Assembly (NCBI GenBank): GCA_012523545.1
Contig: JAAYIH010000049.1
Span: 43,841-107,840 of the forward strand
DNA: 64,000 nucleotides
From: Bacillota bacterium
Lineage (GTDB): Bacteria; Bacillota; Proteinivoracia; UBA4975
Reading direction: 5' to 3'
Position numbers and translations under genes: made by a program. Each line of letters begins with the position of its first letter. The first letter of the stretch is position 1. Of this stretch, positions 10,403 to 20,039 are shown piece after piece. The notes beneath the pieces were generated by a model that saw nothing but the letters and a program-made list of their open reading frames with translations, was not told the origin of the DNA and made no database searches.

Positions 10403-11484
10403 AAACTCAATTGCTGGTGGTGGGGGGAGGGCCGGCCGGCCTGGCTGCAGCGGATACAGCCGCATCCCTGGGCATTCAGGTATTGCTGGTGGATGAAGGA
10501 CGCAGCCTGGGCGGTCAGCTGGTCAAGCAAACCCACAAATTTTTTGGTTCCGGCGAACATCATGCCGGCGTCCGCGGCATCGACATCCCCCAGCTCCTGC
10601 TCAAAGAAGGTCAGGACAAAATTACATTCAAACTGAACACCACTGTCATCGGTTGTTACCAAGACAGGGTGCTGACTGCCCTTACCGGCGAGGATGAATA
10701 TTTTAAGATCAGTCCGCAGGCTGCAATCTTTGCCACCGGGGCCTCGGAAAAATTCCTGGCGTTTCCCGGCAATGACCTGCCCGGAGTGTACGGGGCGGGG
10801 GCAGTGCAAACCTTGATGAACCAGTACGGGGTTTTGCCCGGAAACAGAGTGCTCATGGTGGGCGCTGGAAATATCGGCATCATTGTCAGTTATCAGCTCC
10901 TGCAAGCCGGCGTCCAGGTGGCGGCAGTTGTTGAGGCTGCCCCCCAAATCGGCGGTTATCTCGTTCATGCTTCCAAACTGGCCAGGGCCGGCGTGCCAAT
11001 CTTGACCAGGCACACCATCCTGGCGGCCCGGGGCAAGGAAGCGGTGGAATCTGCCGTCATCGCCCGCCTGGATGACAACTGGCAGGTCGTGCCCGGTTCC
11101 CAGCAGGAACTGGAAGTGGATGTAGTATGCCTGGCCGTCGGGCTGTCGCCGGTGGTGGACCTGTTGCGGCAGGCAGGTTGCCGGACCCGGTATGTGCCTG
11201 AACTGGGCGGAGATGTTCCCGTCCGCGATTCTCTGCTCAGGACCAGCCAGGAATGGATTTACGTGGCCGGCGACGTGGCTGGGGTAGAAGAGGCCAGCGC
11301 CGCCATGGTGGAAGGCCGCCTGGCCGGTGCTGCCGCCGCCAAGCAGCTGGGCGCCGATGTCGCTGCTGCTGATGAAATCATTGCCCGCAGCCAGGCCAGC
11401 CTCAAAGCGCTGCGCGGCGGGCCGGTGGGAGAAAAGATCCGTTCCGGCATTGCCAAACTGGAGGGAGGGATAGCCAATGCTTAA
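10396..11484 (+). CDS. NAD(P)/FAD-dependent pyridine-nucleotide-disulfide-type oxidoreductase subunit (HcnB/opine-oxidase-A-like)
   Basis: Two Rossmann motifs, VVGGGPAGLAAA and MVGAGNIGIIVS. The GTG start is 8 nt after AGGAGGTGA and overlaps the upstream stop codon. Confidence 0.8.
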   Translation: MVKTQLLVVGGGPAGLAAADTAASLGIQVLLVDEGRSLGGQLVKQTHKFFGSGEHHAGVRGIDIPQLLLKEGQDKITFKLNTTVIGCYQDRVLTALTGEDEYFKISPQAAIFATGASEKFLAFPGNDLPGVYGAGAVQTLMNQYGVLPGNRVLMVGAGNIGIIVSYQLLQAGVQVAAVVEAAPQIGGYLVHASKLARAGVPILTRHTILAARGKEAVESAVIARLDDNWQVVPGSQQELEVDVVCLAVGLSPVVDLLRQAGCRTRYVPELGGDVPVRDSLLRTSQEWIYVAGDVAGVEEASAAMVEGRLAGAAAAKQLGADVAAADEIIARSQASLKALRGGPVGEKIRSGIAKLEGGIANA

Positions 11485-11980
11485 GACAACAGGTGTTGCG
11501 CAAAAAGAGGACTGGCAAGCCAAATTGCCTCCCGAGGAAAGGCGCAAGGCCGGTCCCTATGTGGTATACGAATGTTACCAGAAAATTCCCTGCAATCCCT
11601 GCGAGAAATCCTGTCCCTTTAAGGCCGTAACCATCGGCGAAGACATCAACAACATTCCCCGGGTGGATTACGACCTGTGCAACGGGTGCGGGGTCTGTAT
11701 TGCCCGTTGTCCCGGCCTGGCAATTTTCGTGGTGGATGAAACGTACGCCCCCGGTTACGGCAAGGTCCTCATTCCCTGGGAATACTTGCCGGTGCCGGAA
11801 AAGGGCAGTGAAGTGACGGCAGTGGGCAGGGACGGCAAAGATGTGTGCCGGGCCGAGGTGGTGGAGGTGCGCACCGCCAGGAATCAGGACCGCACCGTCG
11901 TCATTGGCCTTAAAGTGCCCGTGGACCTGGTCAACGAGGTCAGGGGCATCAAGCTCGGGGGTGAAGATAATGGAAGATAG
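11477..11980 (+). CDS. 4Fe-4S ferredoxin-domain subunit
   Basis: CNPCEKSCP and CNGCGVCIARCP cysteine motifs. The ATG overlaps the upstream stop, and there is a GGAGGG RBS. Confidence 0.7.
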   Translation: MLKTTGVAQKEDWQAKLPPEERRKAGPYVVYECYQKIPCNPCEKSCPFKAVTIGEDINNIPRVDYDLCNGCGVCIARCPGLAIFVVDETYAPGYGKVLIPWEYLPVPEKGSEVTAVGRDGKDVCRAEVVEVRTARNQDRTVVIGLKVPVDLVNEVRGIKLGGEDNGR

Positions 11981-12251
11981 AGACACCATCATCTGCCGCT
12001 GTGAGGATTTGACCCGGGAAGACGTGCGCAAGCTCATTGAGGCGGGTTATACTACGGTGGAAGAAATCAAACGCATCAGCCGTTGCGGTATGGGCCCGTG
12101 TCAGGGCAGAACCTGTCACCAGTTGTTGGTCAGGGAAATTGCCTTGCTTACGGGGAAGGATCCCGCTGAAATCCCCCCGCACAAGGCGCGCCCGCCCATC
12201 AAGGGAATAAAACTGGGTACTCTGCTTGCGGGAGGGGAGAAACATGACTAA
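11970..12251 (+). CDS. BFD-like (2Fe-2S)-binding domain protein
   Basis: CRCEDLTREDV...CGMGPCQGRTC is a BFD-like [2Fe-2S] motif. The gene overlaps the preceding one by 11 nt in a different frame, so a frameshift of an originally single gene is possible. Confidence 0.6.
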   Translation: MEDRDTIICRCEDLTREDVRKLIEAGYTTVEEIKRISRCGMGPCQGRTCHQLLVREIALLTGKDPAEIPPHKARPPIKGIKLGTLLAGGEKHD

Positions 12252-13395
12252 GATGAGTGCAGATGTGGTCATAGTCGGCGGCGGCATCATCGGCTGTGCC
12301 ACCGCCTACTACCTGGCCAAACAGGGCGTCACCGACGTAGTGGTGGTGGAGCGCGACTTTTTGGCCAGCGGTTCCACCGGCCGTTGCGGCGCCGGCGTGC
12401 GTCAGCAGTGGGGCCTCAAAATGAATATCCTCCTGGCCAAGGAAAGCATCAAGGCCTTTGAAACCCTTAATGAAGAGCTGGATACCGGCCTCGACATCGA
12501 GTTCAAGCAACAGGGTTATCTCATGCTGGCCTACACCGAAAAAATGGTGGAACAGTACAAAAAGAACGTCGCCCTGCAGCAGTCGCTGGATGTGCCTGCC
12601 CGGCTGATTTCTCCTGCTGAAGCCCGGGAGATTGTGCCCTACCTCAATACCGACGGGCTGCTGGCGGCCACTTTCTGTCCCACCGACGGCCACATCAACC
12701 CCTTTACCACTACCAACTCCTATGCCATCGCCGCCCGCCGCCTCGGGGTCAGAATCATGACCGGCACCGAAGTAACTGGCATCGAGGTCAAGGACGGCCG
12801 CGTGGTGGCGGTGGAGACCAGCGCCGGCAAAATTCATACCAATGCAGTGCTCAATGCCAGCGGCGGATATTCCCGGGAGGTGGCGGCCATGGCGGGCGTT
12901 GACCTGCCCACCTACCCCGAACGCCATCAAATTCTCGTCACAGAGCCGGTGGCGCCCATTCAGGGTCCCATGGTCATCTCACTGCATCACGGGTTCTATT
13001 GCCAGCAGACGCCCCACGGCAGTTTTATCATGGGTTTTGGCGACCCCAATGAGCTCAAGGAACACGTGGTTTCGTCCACCTGGCATTTTATGGAGGAGAT
13101 GGCGGCCAAAGTCCTGCCCGTGCTTCCCCCGCTGGCCCAACTCCGGGTGGTGCGGCAATGGGCGGGGTTGTACAACATGTCTCCCGATGCTCAGCCCATT
13201 TTGGGCGAAGCGCCTGCGTGCCGGGGATTCTACAATGCCGTCGGCTTCAGCGGCCACGGCTTCATGTTGGGTCCCGTCACAGGCATGCTGATGGCGGAAT
13301 TGATTTCCGGCAAGGAGCCGCATATCGACATTTCGCCCCTCAGCCTGGAGCGCTTTGAAAAAGGCGAATTGCTGCGGGAACCTTCGGTGGTGTAG
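12244..13395 (+). CDS. FAD-dependent oxidoreductase subunit (sarcosine-oxidase-beta / HcnC / proline-dehydrogenase-beta-like)
   Basis: VVIVGGGIIGCATAYYLAKQG...ERDFLASGSTGRCGAG DAO fold. ATG at 12244 follows GGGAGGGGAG. Confidence 0.85.
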   Translation: MTKMSADVVIVGGGIIGCATAYYLAKQGVTDVVVVERDFLASGSTGRCGAGVRQQWGLKMNILLAKESIKAFETLNEELDTGLDIEFKQQGYLMLAYTEKMVEQYKKNVALQQSLDVPARLISPAEAREIVPYLNTDGLLAATFCPTDGHINPFTTTNSYAIAARRLGVRIMTGTEVTGIEVKDGRVVAVETSAGKIHTNAVLNASGGYSREVAAMAGVDLPTYPERHQILVTEPVAPIQGPMVISLHHGFYCQQTPHGSFIMGFGDPNELKEHVVSSTWHFMEEMAAKVLPVLPPLAQLRVVRQWAGLYNMSPDAQPILGEAPACRGFYNAVGFSGHGFMLGPVTGMLMAELISGKEPHIDISPLSLERFEKGELLREPSVV

Positions 13396-13421
13396 TATAC
13401 CAAGTACCAATGGGCTGCATG

Positions 13422-13460
13422 TCCCGGCCGGGAAATGCAGCCCTTTCTTTGCCCAAATTG
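13422..13460 (+). terminator. intrinsic terminator ending the oxidoreductase operon
   Basis: GGGCTGCAT...ATGCAGCCC stem with an internally paired loop, followed by TTTCTTT. Confidence 0.7.
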
Positions 13461-13482
13461 ATGGCACAATCCTTGACTTGCG

Positions 13483-13511
13483 CCGCCAATTGCAGTATGA
13501 TAAGGAAAATC
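13483..13511 (+). promoter_or_regulatory. sigma-A-type promoter for valS leader (TTGACT-17-TATGAT)
   Basis: Near-consensus -35 and -10 hexamers with 17-nt spacing, read directly from the sequence. Confidence 0.6.
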
Positions 13512-13519
13512 CAAATTGC

Positions 13520-13735
13520 AAAGGCTGTGAAGGGGAGGAGTAGGGTGCCCGCGTCCGTTGCAGAGAGGAGAACCACAGGCTGCAAGTTCTCCCGGCCGCT
13601 CACCTGAAGGTCGCCCTGGAGCCAGCGCCTCTGTGCGCCGGGTCATTCCCGTTATCCGTTGAGCCGGCTGTGGCCGGGAAGTAAGGTGGTACCGCGAGCG
13701 CTTCGCCCTTATGGGCAAGCGCTTTTTTAGTTTTA
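13520..13735 (+). promoter_or_regulatory. T-box riboswitch leader of valS with terminator hairpin (13699-13733)
   Basis: Conserved T-box sequence AGGTGGTACCGCG at 13685-13697 is followed at once by the terminator AGCGCTTCGCCC...GGGCAAGCGCT plus TTTTTT. It lies directly upstream of valS, a classic T-box gene. Confidence 0.8.
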
Positions 13736-13747
13736 GGAGGGATTTCT

Positions 13748-16351
13748 GTGCAAACGAAACTGAGCAAAGCGTACAACCCGCATGAAATCGAGCCCAGAAT
13801 CAGCCAGTACTGGCAGGGCAAGTTTGTGGCGCCCCATAATCCCCAGGGCGACGTCTTTTCCGTTGTCATGCCGCCCCCTAATGTTACCGGCGCCCTGCAC
13901 ATGGGCCATGCCCTGGACAACACCCTCCAGGACGTGCTGACCCGCTGGAAGCGCATGCAGGGTTTTGCCGCCCTGTGGCTGCCGGGAACCGACCACGCAG
14001 GCATAGCCACGCAAATTAAGGTGGAGGAAAAACTGCGGGAGGAAGAGGGACTGAGCCGCCACGATCTGGGGCGGGAAAAATTCCTGGCCAGGGTGTGGCA
14101 GTGGAAGGAGATGTACCACCAGCGCATAGTGGGCCAGCTTAAAAAGCTGGGAATTTCCTGCGACTGGTCCCGGGAACGCTTCACACTGGATGAGGGATGT
14201 TCCCGGGCGGTGCGGGAAGTGTTTGTGCGCCTGTACGAGAAGGGCCTGATTTACAGGGGCGAGTACATTGTCAACTGGTGTCCCCGTTGCCAGACGGCCC
14301 TTTCCGATATCGAAGTGGAGCACGAAGAAAAAGATGCCCATCTCTGGCACATTAAATATCCCCTGGCCGACGGCAGCGGCCACGTCGTTACCGCCACCAC
14401 CCGCCCCGAGACCATGCTGGGCGACACGGCAGTGGCGGTGCATCCCGGGGATGAAAGGTACCGGGAACTGGTGGGCAAGGAAATACTCCTGCCGGTGGCA
14501 GGCCGCCGTATCCCCATTATCGCTGACGAGAGCGTCGATCCGGAATTCGGCACCGGTGCCGTTAAGGTTACCCCGGCCCACGACCCCAATGATTTCGAGA
14601 TGGGTCGGCGCCACAATTTGCCCCTGGTGACAATCATGGACACCCGGGGCAGGATGTCGGCGGCGGCGGGCAAGTATGCCGGGCTGGATCGCTATCAGTG
14701 CCGCCAGGCCCTGTTGCAGGAGCTGGAAGAGGCGGGCCTGTTGGTCAGGACGGTGGATCACCGCCATGCCCTTGGCCATTGCGACCGTTGCAATACAGTG
14801 GTCGAGCCCCTGGTTTCCAAACAGTGGTTTGTAAAAATGAAGCCCCTGGCCCGGCCGGCCATCGAGGCGGTGCGCCGGGGAGAAGTGGAATTTATCCCTG
14901 GCCGCTTTGCCAAAATCTATTTTAACTGGATGGAAAATGTGCGGGACTGGTGCATTTCGCGGCAACTCTGGTGGGGACACCGCATTCCGGCTTGGTATTG
15001 CAAATGCGGCGAAACGGTGGTGGCGGTGGAGGAACCCTCCGCCTGCCCCCGGTGCGGCGGCAGAGAATTGGTGCAGGATGAAGACGTGCTGGACACCTGG
15101 TTCAGTTCGGCCCTGTGGCCCTTTTCCACCATGGGCTGGCCCGAGGATACCTCCGATTTCCGCACCTACTTCCCCACCAGCGTGCTGGTTACCGGCTACG
15201 ACATCATCTTTTTCTGGGTGGCCCGGATGATATTTACTTCTCTGGAATTCACCGGGCAAGTGCCCTTTAAGCACGTTTACATTCACGGTCTGGTGCGGGA
15301 TGAGCTGGGCAGGAAGATGAGCAAGTCTCTCGGCAACGGCATCGATCCCCTGGACGTCATTGCAGAATACGGCGCCGACACCCTGCGCTTCGCCCTGCTC
15401 ACCGGAGCTGCCCCGGGCAATGACATTCGCTTCCAGCAGGACAGGGTGGAAGCTGGCAGGACCTTTGCCAATAAGCTTTGGAACGCCGCCCGGTTTGTGC
15501 TCATGAATCTCGACGGCGACCCCGGCCCCGTTGCCGCTGCCCATGCCGACCTGCCCGGCCGCTGGATACTGCGGCGCTTTAACGAGACCGTCGCCGCTGT
15601 GACCGCCAACCTGGAAAAATACGAGCTGGGCGAGGCCGCCCGGGAGATATACGAATTCATTTGGAACGAGTATTGCGACTGGTACATCGAGGCAGCCAAA
15701 TTGGGCCTCAAGGGAGACGATACCCAGCGCCGCGCCACCCAGGCCATACTGAAAAAAGTCCTGACCGGGGCCCTGCAGTTGCTCCACCCCATCATGCCTT
15801 TTATAACCGAGGAAATCTGGCAGCACCTGGAGCAGGGTTCCATTGCCTTTTCCCAATGGCCCCGGGCGGAGGAAGCAAGTGACGGCAGCGAATTTGAGCT
15901 GGTGATGGAACTGGTGCGGGCGGTGCGCAACATTCGCAGTGAACTGAATATCAATCCCGGCCAGCAAATCCCCGCCCTTTTGTACGTCAACGACGCCGCC
16001 GTTTACGCAGCTTTGGCGCCCTGGGTTTGCCACCTGGGCAAGGTTTCTGAGCTCCAGGTCATGACCCATGGCGAAAAACCCAGGGAAGCCGTGGGCAGGA
16101 CTCTGAGCTTTGGGGAAGTGCTGGTGCCGTTGCGGGGCGTAATTGACGTCGGCCAGGAAATTGCGCGCCTGGAAAAGGAAAAGAAGGCCCTGGACTTTGA
16201 GGTGGAGCGCATCGAAAAGAAATTGGCCAATCCCGGCTTTGTTACCAAGGCTCCGCCGGCGGTGGTCCGGGAGGAAAGGGACAAACTGGACAGTTACCGC
16301 AGCAAGCGGGAACTAGTGTTGAAGAGGCTCGCAGATTTGAGGGGGGAATAA
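13748..16351 (+). CDS. valS: valine--tRNA ligase
   Basis: HIGH motif [20 protein letters not shown] motif, and a C-terminal coiled coil. GTG start is 5 nt after GGAGGGA. Confidence 0.95.
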   Translation: MQTKLSKAYNPHEIEPRISQYWQGKFVAPHNPQGDVFSVVMPPPNVTGALHMGHALDNTLQDVLTRWKRMQGFAALWLPGTDHAGIATQIKVEEKLREEEGLSRHDLGREKFLARVWQWKEMYHQRIVGQLKKLGISCDWSRERFTLDEGCSRAVREVFVRLYEKGLIYRGEYIVNWCPRCQTALSDIEVEHEEKDAHLWHIKYPLADGSGHVVTATTRPETMLGDTAVAVHPGDERYRELVGKEILLPVAGRRIPIIADESVDPEFGTGAVKVTPAHDPNDFEMGRRHNLPLVTIMDTRGRMSAAAGKYAGLDRYQCRQALLQELEEAGLLVRTVDHRHALGHCDRCNTVVEPLVSKQWFVKMKPLARPAIEAVRRGEVEFIPGRFAKIYFNWMENVRDWCISRQLWWGHRIPAWYCKCGETVVAVEEPSACPRCGGRELVQDEDVLDTWFSSALWPFSTMGWPEDTSDFRTYFPTSVLVTGYDIIFFWVARMIFTSLEFTGQVPFKHVYIHGLVRDELGRKMSKSLGNGIDPLDVIAEYGADTLRFALLTGAAPGNDIRFQQDRVEAGRTFANKLWNAARFVLMNLDGDPGPVAAAHADLPGRWILRRFNETVAAVTANLEKYELGEAAREIYEFIWNEYCDWYIEAAKLGLKGDDTQRRATQAILKKVLTGALQLLHPIMPFITEEIWQHLEQGSIAFSQWPRAEEASDGSEFELVMELVRAVRNIRSELNINPGQQIPALLYVNDAAVYAALAPWVCHLGKVSELQVMTHGEKPREAVGRTLSFGEVLVPLRGVIDVGQEIARLEKEKKALDFEVERIEKKLANPGFVTKAPPAVVREERDKLDSYRSKRELVLKRLADLRGE

Positions 16352-16354
16352 CCC

Positions 16355-17647
16355 TTGTCCAGCGACTGCCAATGGCTGGAAAAGCTGCCCCGGTTCAGCA
16401 AGATCAACTTCAACCTGTACCGGACCTGGCTGCTTCTCAAGCAGGTGGTGCCGGATTACGCAGAAATGAACTTGTATTTTATCACCGGCAGCAAGGGCAA
16501 GGGCACGACGGCAGCTGCACTGGCAGCGATACTGACGGCTTCCGGCATCGATACCGGTTTGATTACTTCGCCCCACCTCATCAGCATCTGCGAACGCATT
16601 AAGGTTAACAACCGGGATATTCCCGAACAGGACCTTTGGGCTTGTGTTCGGCGGGTGCGGCAAAGCCTGCCCCCTCTGCCCGGCAAGTACGGTACATGGA
16701 TTTTTTCCGAGGTGTTATTGGCCGCCGGTATCTTTTGGCTGCGCCAACAGGGGGTTAATACCCTGGTGCTGGAGTCGGGACTGGGGGGACGATTGGATCC
16801 CGGCAACGTCTTTCGCCGGCCCCGCGCCACATGTATTACCTCGGTTACTGCTGAGCACCAGGGCATTTTGGGGCACACCCTGCCGGAAATTGCCCGGGAA
16901 AAGGCGGGGATATTGAAGCCGTATACGCCGGTGGTAACCGCTGCCGGCGGCGAATCTCTGGAGTTGATTGAAGAGAGGGCGCATTTGTTTTCGGCGCCTG
17001 TGCTGGCCGCTGGCCGGGATTTTGCCTGGCGGCAAAAGGGTGCACGGGCGGAACTGCAGTTGCCGGGCCGCCATATTTCCTTTGTCCCCCACGGGTTTGA
17101 AACCCGGGCCAGCCGGGTCAACAAAGCAATGGCGGCCTGCCTGGCCGGCTTGTACCCCGGTATTTCCTCTGAGGCCATAGTGCGCGGACTGCAGGAACCT
17201 GGCCTGCCGGGGAGATTTGAAGTGTGGGGGACCAGTCCCGCAGTAGTCCTGGATGTGGCCCATACCCCGGAATCTGTCGCCAATCTCATCGAGGCGGTGG
17301 CGGCCAGGTTTGCCGGCAAGGACGTCGTTTATGTGGCAGGCTTTTTGGCGGACAAAAAGATTGACGAAATGCTCCGGCAGATGCTGGCCACCGGGGCCAG
17401 GGTGTATTGCGCCCCGGTCCGGGATGCCCGCAGTTTTGTGCCGGGACCAGTGCCCGCCGGCGCCGAAATATTTCCCGGCATTTCCGCCGCCGTGGAAGCT
17501 GCCGCCGCCCGGACCGAGGTGTTGTGTGTGACCGGTTCCTTTGCTGCCGTGGCCGAAGCCCGGTTGTTCTTGTCAAAACAGAGCGGCTTTGCTAGAATGA
17601 GTTGGATTGCAAAAGGGGGTGACGGCGGTAGGAACGCGGTTCATTGA
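16355..17647 (+). CDS. folC: bifunctional folylpolyglutamate synthase/dihydrofolate synthase
   Basis: Mur-ligase P-loop ITGSKGKGTT. valS-folC adjacency is conserved in Firmicutes. TTG start. Confidence 0.85.
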   Translation: MSSDCQWLEKLPRFSKINFNLYRTWLLLKQVVPDYAEMNLYFITGSKGKGTTAAALAAILTASGIDTGLITSPHLISICERIKVNNRDIPEQDLWACVRRVRQSLPPLPGKYGTWIFSEVLLAAGIFWLRQQGVNTLVLESGLGGRLDPGNVFRRPRATCITSVTAEHQGILGHTLPEIAREKAGILKPYTPVVTAAGGESLELIEERAHLFSAPVLAAGRDFAWRQKGARAELQLPGRHISFVPHGFETRASRVNKAMAACLAGLYPGISSEAIVRGLQEPGLPGRFEVWGTSPAVVLDVAHTPESVANLIEAVAARFAGKDVVYVAGFLADKKIDEMLRQMLATGARVYCAPVRDARSFVPGPVPAGAEIFPGISAAVEAAAARTEVLCVTGSFAAVAEARLFLSKQSGFARMSWIAKGGDGGRNAVH

Positions 17648-19199
17648 TTTTCGTCGCGGCGCAAAACTGTATTTTCAACGGGGCAGTTACTATTATTGCC
17701 GGAACAAACTGGAGCAGGCTCTGGCCTGCTACCGGCGGGCTGTGGCCGTTGATCCCGGCAACCCCGTCAACCATTTTAATTTGGCCTGTCTTCTTACGGA
17801 GATGGGCAAATATCAGGAATCGATTTCCTTGCTGCACTCAGTGACGCAGATGGACGGCGACCTTAACGAGAGCTGGTTTTGGCTGGCCCTCAACCACGGC
17901 CAGTTACGCCAATACCGGGAGGCCGGCCGGTGTTTGCGCGAGTATCTGGAGCGCGAACCATACGGCGATTACAGCTGGCAAGCGGAGGAAATACTGCACT
18001 TTCTGCGTTCGGAGCTGCCCATGCTGGATCCCGAGCAGAGAAGCATAATTGAAAACCTCTGTCTCCGGGGCATAGAGCTGGCAAGCCAGGGCCTGCTCGA
18101 GGAGGCGGCAAAGTTGTTCGCCGAGGCCAGCAGTTTGGAACCGGAGCTGTCTGCACCCAAAAACAATTTGGCCCTGACCCTGTTTTATCTGGGCGAGGTG
18201 GACAGGGCTCTGGCTGTGTGCCGGGAAATTTTGGAGATTCACCCCGAAAATGTATATGCCAACTGTAATTTGGCCCTGTTTTATCAAATCTTGGGCGACC
18301 AGCTGGCGGTGCGCCGGCAAATCGATGTCCTGGACGGCATCTGGGGGGATGACCCCGACGATATGATGAAACTGGGCACAACCTACGGGTTGCTGGGCCA
18401 GGACAGGAAGGCATATGCAGTTTTTAGCCATATGCGGAGCCTGGGCGTAAATTCCTTTGCATTGTTGTTGCTCCTGGGGGTATCGGCCTGCAATTGCGGG
18501 TACCGGGCCAAGGCGCTGCAAATTTTCGATGCCATCAATGCCGCTGAACCGGACAACCCTTACCGGGCTTACCGCGACTTTTGCGCCGAAGCAACCGGGT
18601 GCAAACTTCCTTATTCTATGGGCATTCCCAACCCGGTGCTGGCGTTGGCGCTGGAGGATGAGGGAATGGGCGCCGAGCAGGAATTGAAAAAAGCCCGCAA
18701 CCTGTGGCCCCAACTGTTGTGGATTGTGCGCAACGGCGGGGCGGCTGTCCGGGGACGGGCGCTGAGAGTGATAAAGCATCTTAATCATCAGCCCCTTACC
18801 CGGCTGGTCAGCGCCTGTGTGTGGGATGACCAAATCGATTTCCGCTGTCGCAGTGATATTTTCGCCGTTCTGACGCAAATGGGCGTCCCGGTGTGGAAAG
18901 AACGGTACTGGAATCGCGGCCGGTTTTCCAAAAACCGCGCCGTCGTCCTCGAAACGGCCCTGGAGTATCTGTACAATCATGGTTGCGGCTTTGCGGCGTT
19001 GCACGGGACCTACATGGCCTGGCAATTCTTTTGCCGCAAGTCTAAGGCCCCTGTCCGCAACACAGCTCTGTGGAGCGCAGCACTCATTGCCCTGCAGCAA
19101 GGCAGGGAGAGCTGGCCGGCGCTTTCCGCCCGCTTTGGCCTGCGCGGCGAGGAGTTGCGGCAGGTGCTGAGCAGGCTTTCCTGCTATTCCATAATATAA
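17607..19199 (+). CDS. tetratricopeptide-repeat protein
   Basis: Multiple TPR-like helical repeats (ALACYRRAVAVDPGNPVNHFNLACLL...). The start is uncertain: the TTG/GTG candidates overlap the folC 3' end and no clean RBS is visible. Confidence 0.6.
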   Translation: MQKGVTAVGTRFIDFRRGAKLYFQRGSYYYCRNKLEQALACYRRAVAVDPGNPVNHFNLACLLTEMGKYQESISLLHSVTQMDGDLNESWFWLALNHGQLRQYREAGRCLREYLEREPYGDYSWQAEEILHFLRSELPMLDPEQRSIIENLCLRGIELASQGLLEEAAKLFAEASSLEPELSAPKNNLALTLFYLGEVDRALAVCREILEIHPENVYANCNLALFYQILGDQLAVRRQIDVLDGIWGDDPDDMMKLGTTYGLLGQDRKAYAVFSHMRSLGVNSFALLLLLGVSACNCGYRAKALQIFDAINAAEPDNPYRAYRDFCAEATGCKLPYSMGIPNPVLALALEDEGMGAEQELKKARNLWPQLLWIVRNGGAAVRGRALRVIKHLNHQPLTRLVSACVWDDQIDFRCRSDIFAVLTQMGVPVWKERYWNRGRFSKNRAVVLETALEYLYNHGCGFAALHGTYMAWQFFCRKSKAPVRNTALWSAALIALQQGRESWPALSARFGLRGEELRQVLSRLSCYSII

Positions 19200-19203
19200 T
19201 TGT

Positions 19204-19230
19204 AACCCCTGTGCGGGGTTTTTCTTTTTG
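19204..19230 (+). terminator. intrinsic terminator
   Basis: AACCCC-tgtgc-GGGGTT hairpin followed by TTTCTTTTT. Confidence 0.75.
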
Positions 19231-19262
19231 GCGTAAATTTTAAGGCGACAGAATATGTTTTA

Positions 19263-20039
19263 GTGAGTGGGGTGATGGCGGTGCAGCTCAATGGCACTTT
19301 TAAAGCCGGCAAGCCTTGCCTGGAGCCGCCCCGCCTGGCGGGGCGGCTTAAGTGGCGGGGCGGGAGGACAGCTGTGCAGGGCAATCCTGGGCGCGGCGTG
19401 CTGGTGGTGGCGGCAGCCGCGCTGGCGGTGCTGCAATACCAGAGGCCGGCGCTGTGCGCCCTGGCGGTGGCGACGGTGTGGAGCCTGCTGGAAAGCTTTT
19501 TGAAAAAATGGAAAAAGGAGTACCGGGAACAAAAGTTTCTCCGCTGTTTGCGCCGGGGCAGGATCGAAGAGGCCCTGGCCATTAATCCGCATATCCAGCC
19601 CCGCAGCGCGCTTTGGTGGAAACGCCTGGCGGTGCTCTTTGCGCATGAGCGCTGGCAAGAGGCCGCCGACGCAGCGGCACAGCTGGAAGACGGGGAGGAG
19701 CGAGATTTGTTGCGGGCGATGATTTGCCTGGGCGCAAAGCAGCCGCAACAGGCCCTGGACCTCTGCCCGCCTTTGCCGGCGGGGATGTGGCGAATGGTCA
19801 GGGCCCAGGCCCACTTCCAGCGGGGCGAATGGCAGCAGGTGCTGGCTGCGTTGCGCGGAACTGCCCGGGACAGGCAAATTCCCGCTGCAGAATGCGCCTG
19901 GCTCAAAGGGATGAGTTATTTTCACCTGGGGCAATATAAGCCTGCCGCCAATCTGTTGCGGCAGGCAGCGGAAAAGGGGGGAGCAGAATATGACCAGGCC
20001 AGAATTTGGCTGGAAGAAGCGCTGGCGCGTCTTGATTAA
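19263..20039 (+). CDS. hypothetical protein with N-terminal hydrophobic segment and helical-repeat C-terminal region
   Basis: Strong GC3 codon bias in this frame. Two long antisense ORFs overlap it and were judged artefactual. The start codon is ambiguous (GTG 19263 or ATG 19275). Confidence 0.45.
   Translation: MSGVMAVQLNGTFKAGKPCLEPPRLAGRLKWRGGRTAVQGNPGRGVLVVAAAALAVLQYQRPALCALAVATVWSLLESFLKKWKKEYREQKFLRCLRRGRIEEALAINPHIQPRSALWWKRLAVLFAHERWQEAADAAAQLEDGEERDLLRAMICLGAKQPQQALDLCPPLPAGMWRMVRAQAHFQRGEWQQVLAALRGTARDRQIPAAECAWLKGMSYFHLGQYKPAANLLRQAAEKGGAEYDQARIWLEEALARLD

Noticed and set aside
13733-16069. 778-aa minus-strand ORF antisense to valS (and similar long antisense ORFs over lonB 1189-2847, lon 3841-4671, hprK-transporter 5933-7572, aspA 21916-23133, rnfC 23209-24267, rnfG 25810-26871, PBP2-rodA 43091-45457, comEC 55861-57144)
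   Set aside because: Each lies exactly antisense to a gene with unmistakable conserved motifs (HIGH/KMSKS, Walker A, SxxK and others). High GC suppresses stop codons, and the antisense translations are low-complexity R/G/A/P-rich.
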